Source: a phage. Taken from it: 64,000 nucleotides of DNA. The translations under genes were made by a program, and so were the position numbers. Location: NCBI GenBank assembly GCA_029220445.1, contig GCA_029220445.1_3666.1. The stretch is one strand, 5' to 3'. The notes below the pieces were generated by a model that worked only from the letters and a program-made list of their open reading frames with translations, was not told the origin of the DNA and searched no databases. This document shows, one piece after another, positions 38,093 through 47,888 of this stretch; position 1 is the first letter of the stretch, and every line of letters starts with the position of its first letter.

Positions 38093-38700
38093 TCTTCTTG
38101 GGCCTCTTTAGCATCAATATACTTGCACACAATCTCCGATGCACACTCCCAAGGTGCACCTTCAGGGTTTACAACATCAAACTCAACCCCTTTTATTCCG
38201 TTCTTTTCCAGACTTAGATAGGTTCTGGAATCATTTCCCCAGTCATATCCTACACGGTGAATACGGAACAACAACAGATCTCCACCTGTGCTGTATGCGT
38301 ACTCGCTAAGGCATGCCAGCTCCTCTTTGAATCCACCATCGGAGTAAACAATAACCCCTTTACTTTCAGGAAAATCTTTCTTCAAAGATGCGACTGCGGC
38401 TTTACCGAAAGCATCTTCACCAAAGATAGGTTTAATCAGATTTTCACTACAATGGATCATCCATTTTCGCGGAGAAACATGCTTGCCGTCTATCATTAAG
38501 AAAGGGCAAGGCTCTTCTTTGTAGTGGCGGTCATAAAGTGCATTCCAGAGTTGAGGAGTTACACCAGCTGCCTTAATTGCCACACTGAAGAGCATTTCCT
38601 TAACCTCACGGTGGTGTGAGTTAGGAATAGCTTCCAACAAGAGATCTGCAATGTGATCCTTACCACTGCTGGGTGGGGCGTTAAGAACAATAATATCCAT
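38086..38700 (-). CDS. P-loop deoxynucleoside monophosphate kinase-like (204 aa)
   Basis: P-loop variant NAPPSSGKD resembling T4 gp1-type SGKD kinases. Confidence 0.55.
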   Translation of the reverse strand: MDIIVLNAPPSSGKDHIADLLLEAIPNSHHREVKEMLFSVAIKAAGVTPQLWNALYDRHYKEEPCPFLMIDGKHVSPRKWMIHCSENLIKPIFGEDAFGKAAVASLKKDFPESKGVIVYSDGGFKEELACLSEYAYSTGGDLLLFRIHRVGYDWGNDSRTYLSLEKNGIKGVEFDVVNPEGAPWECASEIVCKYIDAKEAQEEC

Positions 38701-38903
38701 TAAAAACCTCCGTGGTATTCTTCAACTGCATCAATAATACTTTTACACTTATCTACCAGCTCGTTAGCCACTACAGCATCGTCTTCCCAAACAGCCTCCT
38801 CAATCTGATCAAGCAATGATCGCATCTTACTCATCATTTCTGGGATAAAGTTTTCTGAAAAGCTGTCTGGAATTGTTAACTCTAGTGTCATTTCGGTCTC
38901 CAA
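38700..38903 (-). CDS. hypothetical acidic protein (67 aa)
   Basis: ORF with overlapping stop/start. Confidence 0.45.
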   Translation of the reverse strand: METEMTLELTIPDSFSENFIPEMMSKMRSLLDQIEEAVWEDDAVVANELVDKCKSIIDAVEEYHGGF

Positions 38904-38918
38904 TCATACTATGCGTTA

Positions 38919-39377
38919 TTAGAAGTTTGTTTTTACACGTCCCTTCTCATCAACCTCGTTGTTAGCTAAAAGCGTTACAAAGTCTGTGAAACGAACATGA
39001 AGAACCCTTTTCTTATCAAGGTATCCTAAAGCCACCCCTGAGAAATTTAGCATCAAAGGGGCTAAAGAAGCTCTGGCACTGAAATGCTGTTGTTCTACCC
39101 TTCCAACACCCTTAGTGTAGGATGGGTTAAGATTGTAAGTTCTGAATCCCAGTTTTGTTGGAGCTTTAGAATTAAAAACGACTTTATAGCGTTTCTTACT
39201 CAACTTATGCTCCAGGATAAGCATTCCCTTATCACCTTTGATAAGTTGAAAATCTGTAAAGTGCTCTTTTAAGACGAAAGGTAGTGCCAGTCCCATCGCC
39301 TGTCCTCTTTGTACCGCTGTCTCACCAAAAGCTTTTGCATCAGTAAGTTCTTTGGTCAAGTCTATGCTTTTGATCAT
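38919..39377 (-). CDS. hypothetical protein (152 aa)
   Basis: ORF on minus strand. Confidence 0.5.
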   Translation of the reverse strand: MIKSIDLTKELTDAKAFGETAVQRGQAMGLALPFVLKEHFTDFQLIKGDKGMLILEHKLSKKRYKVVFNSKAPTKLGFRTYNLNPSYTKGVGRVEQQHFSARASLAPLMLNFSGVALGYLDKKRVLHVRFTDFVTLLANNEVDEKGRVKTNF

Positions 39378-40158
39378 ACCTGGTCTCCAAAATGTATTGT
39401 AGTTCTTTCTTACCTATACTCTTCATTCCAGCAGTCTTACCTGCTTCTTCTTGAAAAGAAGAATAGCATTCAGCAAACACTCTGTCAACACCGTTAACTA
39501 AAGATTTTATGAAATATGTTGATTCTTCAGATTTTGGGTCATCATCCCCCAATACTTTTCCAGCATTATACCCAACACGTCTTACACAGAAGTCGTAGTC
39601 ATCTGGTGTGCTAAAAGAAAATAACTTATTCTCTCCAATCTCTACAGGATCCCTATTGCACGCCTTTTTCTCCCAAATTTGGAAAACACATGGCACGTCA
39701 TAAGGTTTGCCATTAAGTAAAAACGAATTCTTAGGGCACCTTTCGCTGTAGACAAGGTGCATCGACATGTCCAGTTTGTTTGCAAAAAATATTTTTTCAA
39801 ATGTCCGTGGCAAGATGAAGGCTATAGCCCCTCCAAGCTCTAGCAATGATGCACAATGGTTAAAGAATTTGCAAGCTAAGGATGAATTCTTGCCAAATGG
39901 TGGGTTACCTATGAAGACATCTGCCTTGGGATGCACCTCCAAGAAGTTTGCCTGAATGCACGGTGTTGGTCCTTCAAATTCAGGATCTGGTACTAAATCG
40001 TACGACAGTATCTCTGAAAATAGTTTTGAAAAAGAACCCCTTCCAGCAGAAGGCTCAACGTATGCACAATTCCCATACTTATCTTTTACTTTACCAACAA
40101 GATATTCTGCATACTCAGGGTTTGTGTAATATTTGTCGTTGGACTCTTTCTTACTCAA
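39340..40158 (-). CDS. DNA N6-adenine methyltransferase (272 aa)
   Basis: SAM-binding motif VEPSAGRGSF and catalytic FIGNPPFGK. Confidence 0.7.
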   Translation of the reverse strand: MSKKESNDKYYTNPEYAEYLVGKVKDKYGNCAYVEPSAGRGSFSKLFSEILSYDLVPDPEFEGPTPCIQANFLEVHPKADVFIGNPPFGKNSSLACKFFNHCASLLELGGAIAFILPRTFEKIFFANKLDMSMHLVYSERCPKNSFLLNGKPYDVPCVFQIWEKKACNRDPVEIGENKLFSFSTPDDYDFCVRRVGYNAGKVLGDDDPKSEESTYFIKSLVNGVDRVFAECYSSFQEEAGKTAGMKSIGKKELQYILETRYDQKHRLDQRTY

Positions 40159-40167
40159 AGTGCCTCC

Positions 40168-40196
40168 AAAAGGAAAAGGGAGGCTTGCGCCTCCCT
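40168..40196 (-). terminator. intrinsic terminator for minus-strand transcripts (gggaggc-ttgc-gcctccc + T-run)
   Basis: Perfect hairpin followed by TTTTCCTTTT on minus strand. Confidence 0.6.
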
Positions 40197-40203
40197 ATAC
40201 TTG

Positions 40204-41187
40204 TTAGATTATCTGAATCAGGGTGTTTTTCATCTCTTCTCTGGTACGGATGTTGTTACGATCACGAACAACAGATCCACAACCTTCACAGCGGTATGTT
40301 TTAAATGCACTCAGCTGAGTATATGCCAAAGCTTCTTCCTCGTGAAGGTGTTCTCCACCACAGCGTGGGCAACGAACCTTTGGCTCCTCGTCCTGGTAGT
40401 ACAATGACATGTTTGGGTGCTGCTTAGCAAACGGGCGAGCCAGCAAATACAGTCCTTCCAGAGACAGGATATCACCAACATTATACTCACGCATCTGTTT
40501 AAATGCCTCAAGATCACCATGGACACACTTGATCCACATTTCAAATGTGTGATCAATCAGTTTCTGTCGGGCCAGTTGGAAGTATTTGCATGCATACTCC
40601 AAAGTGTTTGCATTCAAACGAAATGCCTTTTTGATCATTTTAAGGGTGTCAACATCTTTGTAGGGGCTTGTTGGAGGCAACCCGTGAAATGCAAATCGTT
40701 GGTTGGCCCACCCGCAGTCAAAACCTGAATTGTGGGCTACTGCGACATCGCATTTATCCAGATAATACCACAAATCCTGAATCAATTCGAGATCATTGTG
40801 AATATCCTCATCCCACATTTTGTAATCAGGAAGAGCGCAGTCAACCACACTAGGACTGTCTAACCACTTACCTGCGAAAGTTAGCATGTAGGGCATAATT
40901 TCAATACCGCAGGTTTGAATGTTGGTCTTATAGTGCCCAAAGAACCAGCCGTTTGTTGGAGATGTCTCTGTATCATACACCCAAACTTTAGCACCTTTGT
41001 GCTCTTCAAGGAAGCGCTCCGTTGCTTCTCCTACAATCTCTGACATATTCTCTTGTGCACGTTTAAGCTGTAGTCGGATCCAGCTCTCACGTGACTCACG
41101 GCCTAAAAATTCACGAGCAATTTGTCTATTAGTGTATCCCTGTTGCTTTAGTGTTAAAATTTGCTCAAGAGTTAACTTTGTCATCAT
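40204..41187 (-). CDS. DEDD-type 3'-5' exonuclease-like protein with N-terminal HTH and C-terminal zinc ribbon (327 aa)
   Basis: Exo I-like YDTET, Exo II-like AHNSGFD, HTH LKQQGYTNRQIAREF, CPRCGG...CEGCG. Confidence 0.55.
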   Translation of the reverse strand: MMTKLTLEQILTLKQQGYTNRQIAREFLGRESRESWIRLQLKRAQENMSEIVGEATERFLEEHKGAKVWVYDTETSPTNGWFFGHYKTNIQTCGIEIMPYMLTFAGKWLDSPSVVDCALPDYKMWDEDIHNDLELIQDLWYYLDKCDVAVAHNSGFDCGWANQRFAFHGLPPTSPYKDVDTLKMIKKAFRLNANTLEYACKYFQLARQKLIDHTFEMWIKCVHGDLEAFKQMREYNVGDILSLEGLYLLARPFAKQHPNMSLYYQDEEPKVRCPRCGGEHLHEEEALAYTQLSAFKTYRCEGCGSVVRDRNNIRTREEMKNTLIQII

Positions 41188-41199
41188 CGTTAAGATTCC

Positions 41200-41421
41200 T
41201 TAGTAAAACTGAAGAATGTCTTTTAAAGCGAAGTCACGATATTCGCCCTTGTCTACATCGAAGGCACGCATCAACCACTGCTCTTCTTTATGATACTCTG
41301 TAGAGCCAAACCATAAATTAGGCTCAGTAACGCAGCGATCTGCAACAACACCTTTCCAGTTACGGTATTTCATCCTGATCAGAACTGAATCGCAAGGATT
41401 GAATACCTTTTTCATCCCCAT
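41200..41421 (-). CDS. hypothetical protein (73 aa)
   Basis: ORF; overlaps 3' end of upstream gene, start uncertain. Confidence 0.4.
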   Translation of the reverse strand: MGMKKVFNPCDSVLIRMKYRNWKGVVADRCVTEPNLWFGSTEYHKEEQWLMRAFDVDKGEYRDFALKDILQFY

Positions 41422-41965
41422 AGAAATCTCTCTCCTCAGTTTTCTTTATAAACTCCTGCATGTAGAACTCAATAGCCTCATGCTTGGTGCACTCCGGATT
41501 AATGACAAGATTGAGATCTGATTCTGCTCGTGCAATGATCGTAGCTTTAGAGCATCTCCTCAAGAACTTTGTCATATCATCTCTGTAGTTTTTGTGGAGC
41601 GGGAAGTCGCTGTAGTCTTTCTCCAAATAGTCAGCCATCCGGCGCAACGCCTCTGATAAACTGCAATCTGTATACTCGTTACAGTATTTCATCCAGTATT
41701 TAAGCACATACCCCTCAAAGGTATTAGTGCATTGGGACAAAACACCCCTGCAACGACCAGTCAGATGGTCATGATCCAAACAAGGCTTACGAAGTGGCTC
41801 GCACAAGATAGGATCAAGACCATCCTGCTCCTCTGACAATTCTTTTCGAAAGTTGGCTATGTCCTTAGAATCTTTTAACCACCCGTTATGAACGGGGGCT
41901 TTGACAGCTTTCTTTCTTATTTTACGCTTTGCGATAATCCCTCCAGATGCGCCCTGCCTATCCAA
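41360..41965 (-). CDS. T4 endonuclease VII-like junction-resolving nuclease (start uncertain)
   Basis: CLDHDHLTGRCRGVLSQCTNTFEG matches EndoVII H-N-H-like core (HLDHDH...G.VRGLLC..CN..EG). Confidence 0.55.
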   Translation of the reverse strand: MDRQGASGGIIAKRKIRKKAVKAPVHNGWLKDSKDIANFRKELSEEQDGLDPILCEPLRKPCLDHDHLTGRCRGVLSQCTNTFEGYVLKYWMKYCNEYTDCSLSEALRRMADYLEKDYSDFPLHKNYRDDMTKFLRRCSKATIIARAESDLNLVINPECTKHEAIEFYMQEFIKKTEERDFYGDEKGIQSLRFSSDQDEIP

Positions 41966-42546
41966 TAAGCATCTGCGAGATCGGCCTTACCTTGTACCAA
42001 ATTGATCCCATCTAGGAACCCAGGTTCAGATACTTCGCAGGCCTTAACCATCAACTTTTTATCCATCGTAACAGGTTTCTTCACAGTATGCTCTTTACCT
42101 GTCTTTTTGTCAAGCTTTTTCTTCTCCTCGAAAGCAAGTTCCTCAGGAAGATGACCACGAGCAAACTTTTTGGCAGTTGTTGGTGTCACTGTGTGGACCT
42201 TAAACAGGCCGTCATTTTCACAATCAGCTAAGGCATCCCAAAGCATAACTTCAAGACCGTAAAACAACCCAGCCAGTTCACGTGTGGCATCCCCGCGTGA
42301 TCCAAAGGAAAGCCCTTCCATAACTACAGTGTCAACGCCGTGCGTGTGGATATAATATCTGACCTGTTTGCAGATCCAGTCAATACGCTCAGCAGCTGTT
42401 GCAAAAGAAACCGTCCCTGGTTTCTTCTCTTTTGCAGATGAGCTTTGAGTTCGTAACACAACCTTATGAACAGGCTTTCCATCGTCCCATACAACGCAAG
42501 CTGTGTGTGTCAACGACTGGTCTATGGATAATAGACGCTCTCTCAT
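41917..42546 (-). CDS. RuvC-like Holliday junction resolvase (209 aa)
   Basis: LSIDQSLTHTA (Asp motif), VVMEG (Glu), ADLADAYWI (D..D) in RuvC order. Confidence 0.6.
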   Translation of the reverse strand: MRERLLSIDQSLTHTACVVWDDGKPVHKVVLRTQSSSAKEKKPGTVSFATAAERIDWICKQVRYYIHTHGVDTVVMEGLSFGSRGDATRELAGLFYGLEVMLWDALADCENDGLFKVHTVTPTTAKKFARGHLPEELAFEEKKKLDKKTGKEHTVKKPVTMDKKLMVKACEVSEPGFLDGINLVQGKADLADAYWIGRAHLEGLSQSVK

Positions 42547-42878
42547 GCTTCCTCATCCTCCTCTCCTTCATCAGGAGCATAAGCCTTATCTTTGAACAAT
42601 ACGAGAGAGCAAAGCTTAACATCTGTTTCCACACTGGTGAACATGCATAACCGCTCGCCCTCAATCAGCTCACAATCCTCTTTTAAAACAGCAGACCATA
42701 CACGGTCATCTGCGTAATCATCCGTGTACAGGATGTATGAAATGGTGTCATCTTCATACAACCGCCACATACCTGTGGCAACAACGAATGTATTTTTTGT
42801 TTTAAGTGTCCCTGTTGTGTGATCATCCTCAAAAACAGCTTCCATAATTGCGTTATCTACAGAATTTTTAGTCATCAA
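42543..42878 (-). CDS. hypothetical protein (111 aa)
   Basis: ORF with overlapping stop/start. Confidence 0.5.
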   Translation of the reverse strand: MMTKNSVDNAIMEAVFEDDHTTGTLKTKNTFVVATGMWRLYEDDTISYILYTDDYADDRVWSAVLKEDCELIEGERLCMFTSVETDVKLCSLVLFKDKAYAPDEGEEDEEA

Positions 42879-44014
42879 ATTGCTCCAACATTTCTAAGAA
42901 CGTTAACAAGTTTTGTTTGATCATTGAATGTTCGCTTCATATACAAACAGTCAAAAATTATACTCATCCATTGACCTACGGAGATTCTACGATCAATACC
43001 ATTGAAGTCAGTATACTTAACAACACCTTTCGGGAACCACTTCTTGTACTGATCAATAATAGCCACCCACATCTCCTTTGGAGTGCTGCACTGAGACAGT
43101 AGGTAGAATGCTGAGGCATCTCCGAACTTACCCTTACCGATAAGTCCTTGATACGGCTTGATGTTGTCAGCAGAGTCACCACACAGCATTTGGTATCCGA
43201 AGAACAGCATTCCGTAACCACCAACCTCTCCATTAGGCTTCATGAAGATGTTCCCCATACCGTTATCGATCAGCATAGGGGTTTCCCTTACAAAATCTCC
43301 CTTATCGTTTCGCATGGGATCGAACACAAGCCCCGGTAGTGTTCTTTGGTCCTTATCAATAGAGATAATAAACTTGTTGAACTTACCTGTTTTTTGGTAG
43401 TGGTTCCAACCTTCAAATTGCTGGATAGCTAACCAGTCATCAGCCTCGATACCGTTGATCACTTGAGCATTATACTGCTTTTGGAGATACTGTCTTGCAT
43501 CTTCAAGCAGCAGTGGTCGAAGAGTATTGTTACGGTTGGCTTTATATCTTTCCGGCATGGGAAGATCTAGTCTGAAATTACCTGTGCCTCCAAGTACCCC
43601 CACGCACCGATCTTCCGGAATACCGAGATAATTAAGGACTGCATTAGCTTTACACTTAATTGTGTGCAAGCAATTCTCTACAGGATCAGGGGTTTGGATA
43701 TCCAAGACATCGAAATCTTCTCGTGTCCACGGAATAAACTCCTTGCCAGCCTTTTTACATGCAGCTTCACGGTTGGTATTCTCAGCTTTTAACCAACCAC
43801 CAACGGTGTTCTTCTGCCGCCCCCAGAACTCTGTTCGTGTTTTAAACATCTTCTTACGTCCGGAGGCTTTGTGTGTTACCTCAATTGTCCTTTTTTCACA
43901 ACTTGCTGCAGCTTGATATGCAACCTGATCGAAGTCATAATAAACTATAGCGTCAGGTTCAAGAAGATCAGCCAGACAATCTATGGACTCAATAAGTGGA
44001 TATTCTCTACTCAA
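42875..44014 (-). CDS. 5'-3' exonuclease / flap endonuclease (FEN, RNase H-like)
   Basis: GIEADDWLA and H3TH-like LCGDSADNIKPYQGLIGKGK motifs. Confidence 0.7.
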   Translation of the reverse strand: MSREYPLIESIDCLADLLEPDAIVYYDFDQVAYQAAASCEKRTIEVTHKASGRKKMFKTRTEFWGRQKNTVGGWLKAENTNREAACKKAGKEFIPWTREDFDVLDIQTPDPVENCLHTIKCKANAVLNYLGIPEDRCVGVLGGTGNFRLDLPMPERYKANRNNTLRPLLLEDARQYLQKQYNAQVINGIEADDWLAIQQFEGWNHYQKTGKFNKFIISIDKDQRTLPGLVFDPMRNDKGDFVRETPMLIDNGMGNIFMKPNGEVGGYGMLFFGYQMLCGDSADNIKPYQGLIGKGKFGDASAFYLLSQCSTPKEMWVAIIDQYKKWFPKGVVKYTDFNGIDRRISVGQWMSIIFDCLYMKRTFNDQTKLVNVLRNVGAI

Positions 44015-44315
44015 AGACCCTCCTGTTAGTTATTCTGCAAGATGGTTGGATGCTGTAATGGAATGCATCATCACTTTCTGCAATAAGTGACTCAACATCC
44101 CAATACTTTTCAAAAAGGAACGGATTAGAACCCCAGTGATGAGTTATTTTCATCAAGGAGTCTGGTATCAGATAACCAGAGATCTTAACTACATCGCCAG
44201 GTTGAATTGTGTTTTCATGAAGGTTGCTTGCCTTCTTCAGGATCATACCTTTATGATTCTCGTTTGCATACAACTGGACAATATCTTTATCTTCAACAAT
44301 AAAAATTTTAAGCAT
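44007..44315 (-). CDS. hypothetical protein (102 aa)
   Basis: ORF on minus strand. Confidence 0.5.
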   Translation of the reverse strand: MLKIFIVEDKDIVQLYANENHKGMILKKASNLHENTIQPGDVVKISGYLIPDSLMKITHHWGSNPFLFEKYWDVESLIAESDDAFHYSIQPSCRITNRRVFE

Positions 44316-44374
44316 ATCTAGTTCTCCTGGTTTATAAATATCTGAACGATAATATCAGATTAATAACACTTTTG

Positions 44375-44668
44375 TCAAGACTTTTTAGTCTTTCTTGGAG
44401 AGCTTTTTGTTGATCTTTTCCTTTTGTGGTAGATTCCAAGTGCAGCGTTTTCTTGGGCGCACGTTTTAACAGTTCTCAGACAAGAACTTTCAGCTTTAGG
44501 CAGGTTTAACTCCCACCAACCAAGCCAGTAAAGTTCTGATTCAGACAACTGCTCAGATTCAGCCTTCCGATACAAGGTTCGCATACCTCTGATGATATCG
44601 TCCAGAGGTGTATCGAATACAAAAGCTGTCTTATCGAATTTCTCTTTTACAGGTCTCTTAGCCATCAA
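44375..44668 (-). CDS. hypothetical basic protein (97 aa)
   Basis: ORF; Lys/Arg/Ser-rich C-terminus. Confidence 0.45.
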   Translation of the reverse strand: MMAKRPVKEKFDKTAFVFDTPLDDIIRGMRTLYRKAESEQLSESELYWLGWWELNLPKAESSCLRTVKTCAQENAALGIYHKRKRSTKSSPRKTKKS

Positions 44669-45122
44669 GGTAACCCTCTATCCACGAAAAGTCAGTCTTC
44701 CATTCTGGAACTTTACTAAGCTCACGCCACTCTGCAAAGCAGTCTCGGTAATACGCCTCTGCCATACCTTTGGTGATCTTATTCACCTTAGCCAACTGAT
44801 TAACTGCCTGAGCATACTTTCCACGGATATTTGCTAACCCAGGATGCACCGATGTGTGACAATCTGGGCACAACGCTATCAGTCCGACAAGCCGGATCAC
44901 TCCCTCTTCGAAAGTGTAAAGTTCATGGCACTCCACTGGATGTTTGCTACCTTTACCGCCGCACACCTCACAAGTGTAGTTGGCTTCTCTATAGCACTTC
45001 TTACGGATCTTATCCCACTCACTCTTCTTCACAGCGTTTCGGAGGTTATTATACCAAGCTGTTTCTGGGATCAATTGCACAATAAGCCTGCGTTCAGACT
45101 TCATTAAACGTCCGTCTTCCAC
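44658..45122 (-). CDS. zinc-binding protein, HNH-like Cys/His pattern (154 aa)
   Basis: CEVCGG...ECHE...CPDCH...VH spacing resembles His-Me finger; not confirmed. Confidence 0.45.
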   Translation of the reverse strand: MEDGRLMKSERRLIVQLIPETAWYNNLRNAVKKSEWDKIRKKCYREANYTCEVCGGKGSKHPVECHELYTFEEGVIRLVGLIALCPDCHTSVHPGLANIRGKYAQAVNQLAKVNKITKGMAEAYYRDCFAEWRELSKVPEWKTDFSWIEGYLDG

Positions 45123-45131
45123 GTATCCTCC

Positions 45132-45338
45132 TCATTCAAAGAAATGGGTGCGAGGGCAGGAACCTGCCTCACCTTGTTTCACAAGTTCGTAGAGCTCACC
45201 TTGGCTTGTCTCATAAAGGCAAATACGTTTACCATTGTCCCGATATACATCGACAAGATACGCTGTTTCACCTGCAAACACGACACCACAGGCCAGACAT
45301 GCTGCCATGAACAAAATTGCCAACAGAAAATCTTTCAT
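45132..45338 (-). CDS. small secreted protein or lipoprotein (68 aa)
   Basis: Signal-like N-terminus LLAILFMAACLACGVVFA; directly downstream of endolysin. Confidence 0.5.
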   Translation of the reverse strand: MKDFLLAILFMAACLACGVVFAGETAYLVDVYRDNGKRICLYETSQGELYELVKQGEAGSCPRTHFFE

Positions 45339-45401
45339 GGTTAAACCCTCCTAAACATTTTATGAGGTAAAAATACCACGTCCGTGTGGTTATGTCAATG
45401 A

Positions 45402-45872
45402 TCAATCAAGGACAACACCGCCTGCCTTTTTAAACACCTCGATCAACTTCTCAATCTTCTGTTCATGCTGACCATATCCAGCACCAGGTAACGAAGCCCA
45501 GCGGGAACGGCATTTATGGATAGCCTCGTGGATACGCCCTTCGTCAATGTCAGCGAGAGCCTTGCACTCACGGATCAGTTGCAACGCAATCTTGTCCTGA
45601 CTGGCAGGGCCAAAATCTGGTAATCCTAACTGTTTCATATAGTGTTTAGCAAACTTCTCCAAAACCTGGTAACGCCCAGCAGCGGAGGAGGTAAGTTTAG
45701 CATTTAGCTTAACGTAAACACCGGGGTGCTTGCTGTAATCGCTGAACAGCTTGCCGCCGACTATGACATCGTACCCCCGATCCTTGGTAGGTTGTCTACC
45801 ATTATCTGTGCCTTCCGAATATGCGATCATATCCAAGAAAGCTTTTCGTTGAACATTTTTATCAAGTTTCAT
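45402..45872 (-). CDS. endolysin, lambda R-like lytic transglycosylase/lysozyme (156 aa)
   Basis: QRKAFLDMIAYSEGTDNGRQ...GYDVIVGG...WASLPGAGYGQ blocks match lambda R from memory. Confidence 0.85.
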   Translation of the reverse strand: MKLDKNVQRKAFLDMIAYSEGTDNGRQPTKDRGYDVIVGGKLFSDYSKHPGVYVKLNAKLTSSAAGRYQVLEKFAKHYMKQLGLPDFGPASQDKIALQLIRECKALADIDEGRIHEAIHKCRSRWASLPGAGYGQHEQKIEKLIEVFKKAGGVVLD

Positions 45873-45995
45873 TTTTCATACTCTCCAGTTTACTCATAAC
45901 TAACCCGATCAACAACACTGCATAGTGTGGTTATGTAGGTGCCAATTGAAAACCATCATTCAATTGGTTACCGTTACCTACTAGACCTTCCTACA

Positions 45996-47261
45996 TTATT
46001 CCAGCACCTCCCAAGTTTCTGGATTAAGATTGCGGAATGCGATACCCACAGGGAATTGAGGCACACCGTCCACCGTACGCTGTTGGAATTTTATCGTGAT
46101 AAATTTGCCAACATATGAGCAGCATTTTTCGTAGTTCCTTACGGCAAAAGTGCCTTTCATTTTGCATTTGCATTGTGTCCCATCTTTCTCTTCGCAGATA
46201 AGAACACCTTCCCCGTTTTTATCTTTTTCAACACCGATCACTTTTGCTTCAACATCGGTGAACAGTTTCCACTTGAGCAGATCAGTAGAGCGTTGACCGT
46301 ATTCGTAGGTGCCACGGAAGTTACGAATAATAGATCCTTCATAACCTTCCTGCATGTACTGTCCGATGGAGTTGCGAACCTCTTCCTCGTTGTAGGCGAT
46401 CTTGAAAGGAACACCCTCGACGTTGGTGAGATGGTTAACTTCACAATAATCAATAACTTCCTGAAGATTTGTGGCCCGATCTTCCCAGCGATGGATGCAA
46501 TCAGGAACATCGAACACCATCAGTTTCAGGTCATAAGAGCAGTAACCTCCATACCGATCAGAATCACGGACAGGTTCTTCATAAACCGGATGATCAACCT
46601 TGTTGAAGTCTTTCCATGTCTCCTCTCCGGCCTTGATCGCTTTCTCACGGCGTTTTATGTCTGCCATGAAATCCTTATCAATTTCTTTCTCAATGTCTTC
46701 CAGACTACGCCATTTCTTAACGAGGGAGGTTATTTTCTGCAACGGTAAACCGTGAATGTAGAACTCCCCATCAAATTCATCAAAGCCTGTTTCTTCATGC
46801 AGGTCTTGTAGCTCACGGAGGATGTTACCTTTCGGCTCATACACTTTGTTACCGCGAGAGATGAATTTAGGTACACCGTCTACGAATTTGACAAAGCAAC
46901 GGTTCCCGTCAAGTTTGTGTTGCAGGTGGCATGGATACACAATAGCGTGTGGTTTTTTCGAAGCATCTTGCGCCAGCATAGGTGAAATGTCAATGGCCTC
47001 AAGGTCTTCGACATTTTCTTTGTAACCCAGCCGGACTTGCTTTTCCCATTTAGACTGCGCCTCTAAAACAGCTTGTTCTTCTGCTGTAGTTTCGTTGGAT
47101 CGCCCGATGTTTTTGGCTTCACATTTTGTGGTTTTTGATTGTACAGCGCCACCAACCCTGCCGAACACAACAATAACCTCGTTGCCGCTTGTATCTACTT
47201 TCCACATCTGGATGGACCCGTCTTTATTGCGAGCATAAAGTGTTGTTTTGAATTGATGCAT
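45996..47261 (-). CDS. ATP-dependent DNA ligase (421 aa)
   Basis: Motif I KLDGNR, motif IV EGSIIRN, motif V LLKWK. Confidence 0.7.
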   Translation of the reverse strand: MHQFKTTLYARNKDGSIQMWKVDTSGNEVIVVFGRVGGAVQSKTTKCEAKNIGRSNETTAEEQAVLEAQSKWEKQVRLGYKENVEDLEAIDISPMLAQDASKKPHAIVYPCHLQHKLDGNRCFVKFVDGVPKFISRGNKVYEPKGNILRELQDLHEETGFDEFDGEFYIHGLPLQKITSLVKKWRSLEDIEKEIDKDFMADIKRREKAIKAGEETWKDFNKVDHPVYEEPVRDSDRYGGYCSYDLKLMVFDVPDCIHRWEDRATNLQEVIDYCEVNHLTNVEGVPFKIAYNEEEVRNSIGQYMQEGYEGSIIRNFRGTYEYGQRSTDLLKWKLFTDVEAKVIGVEKDKNGEGVLICEEKDGTQCKCKMKGTFAVRNYEKCCSYVGKFITIKFQQRTVDGVPQFPVGIAFRNLNPETWEVLE

Positions 47262-47530
47262 TACTCTACCTCTTCCTTAAAAATTTTAAACATCTCTTCT
47301 TTACTCATTACCAACCAGTCACCCATAAAATCAACAAGCCAATCACCCTGGTACAAGACTAGGTTACCAAACGGCTCTACAAGCTCACACATACGACGAA
47401 GATCTCTGGTCCGAACAGGTGACGATGTAAACACACCTGTATCAATCCACCGTTGCAGATCAGATACTGATGAAGAGCTTCCGTCAAACTGGTGTGCTTC
47501 TACAGGTTTAGCAAGATTAAATAACGGCAT
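47261..47530 (-). CDS. hypothetical protein (89 aa)
   Basis: ORF with stop/start overlap to ligase. Confidence 0.45.
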   Translation of the reverse strand: MPLFNLAKPVEAHQFDGSSSSVSDLQRWIDTGVFTSSPVRTRDLRRMCELVEPFGNLVLYQGDWLVDFMGDWLVMSKEEMFKIFKEEVE

Positions 47531-47825
47531 TGCAGTCCTCCTTCTCTAATAGGTCTTTTATCGGGTAAACAAGCAGGTGTGGATCGTAATAATTTATAGT
47601 TTTATTCTGCCACACTATGAACTTAATTACAACTAAATTTACCACATCTTTATCTCCATGTAGTCCAACACACAGATTTGTCCATATTTTGTGGTTGAAT
47701 ACTTTGCTGTCGATGTAGATCTTAGTGTCAAACTTATCCTCTATCCTACCTATAAATTTAACCAATTCTTTCATCTGATCTCCAAACACAGCATCGTTTT
47801 CAAGATCTCTGGAGTGCTTGTACAT
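47517..47825 (-). CDS. hypothetical protein (102 aa)
   Basis: ORF on minus strand. Confidence 0.45.
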   Translation of the reverse strand: MYKHSRDLENDAVFGDQMKELVKFIGRIEDKFDTKIYIDSKVFNHKIWTNLCVGLHGDKDVVNLVVIKFIVWQNKTINYYDPHLLVYPIKDLLEKEDCNAVI

Positions 47826-47888
47826 AACTTTCTACCTCACTTGCATACTTTCCGAAACAAGTAAAGCCGGGTAATCCCGGCTATGTTG

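Noticed and set aside
46173-46748. 191-aa plus-strand ORF antisense to the DNA ligase gene
   Set aside because: Fully contained in the ligase coding region on the opposite strand; no RBS and low-complexity hydrophobic translation.
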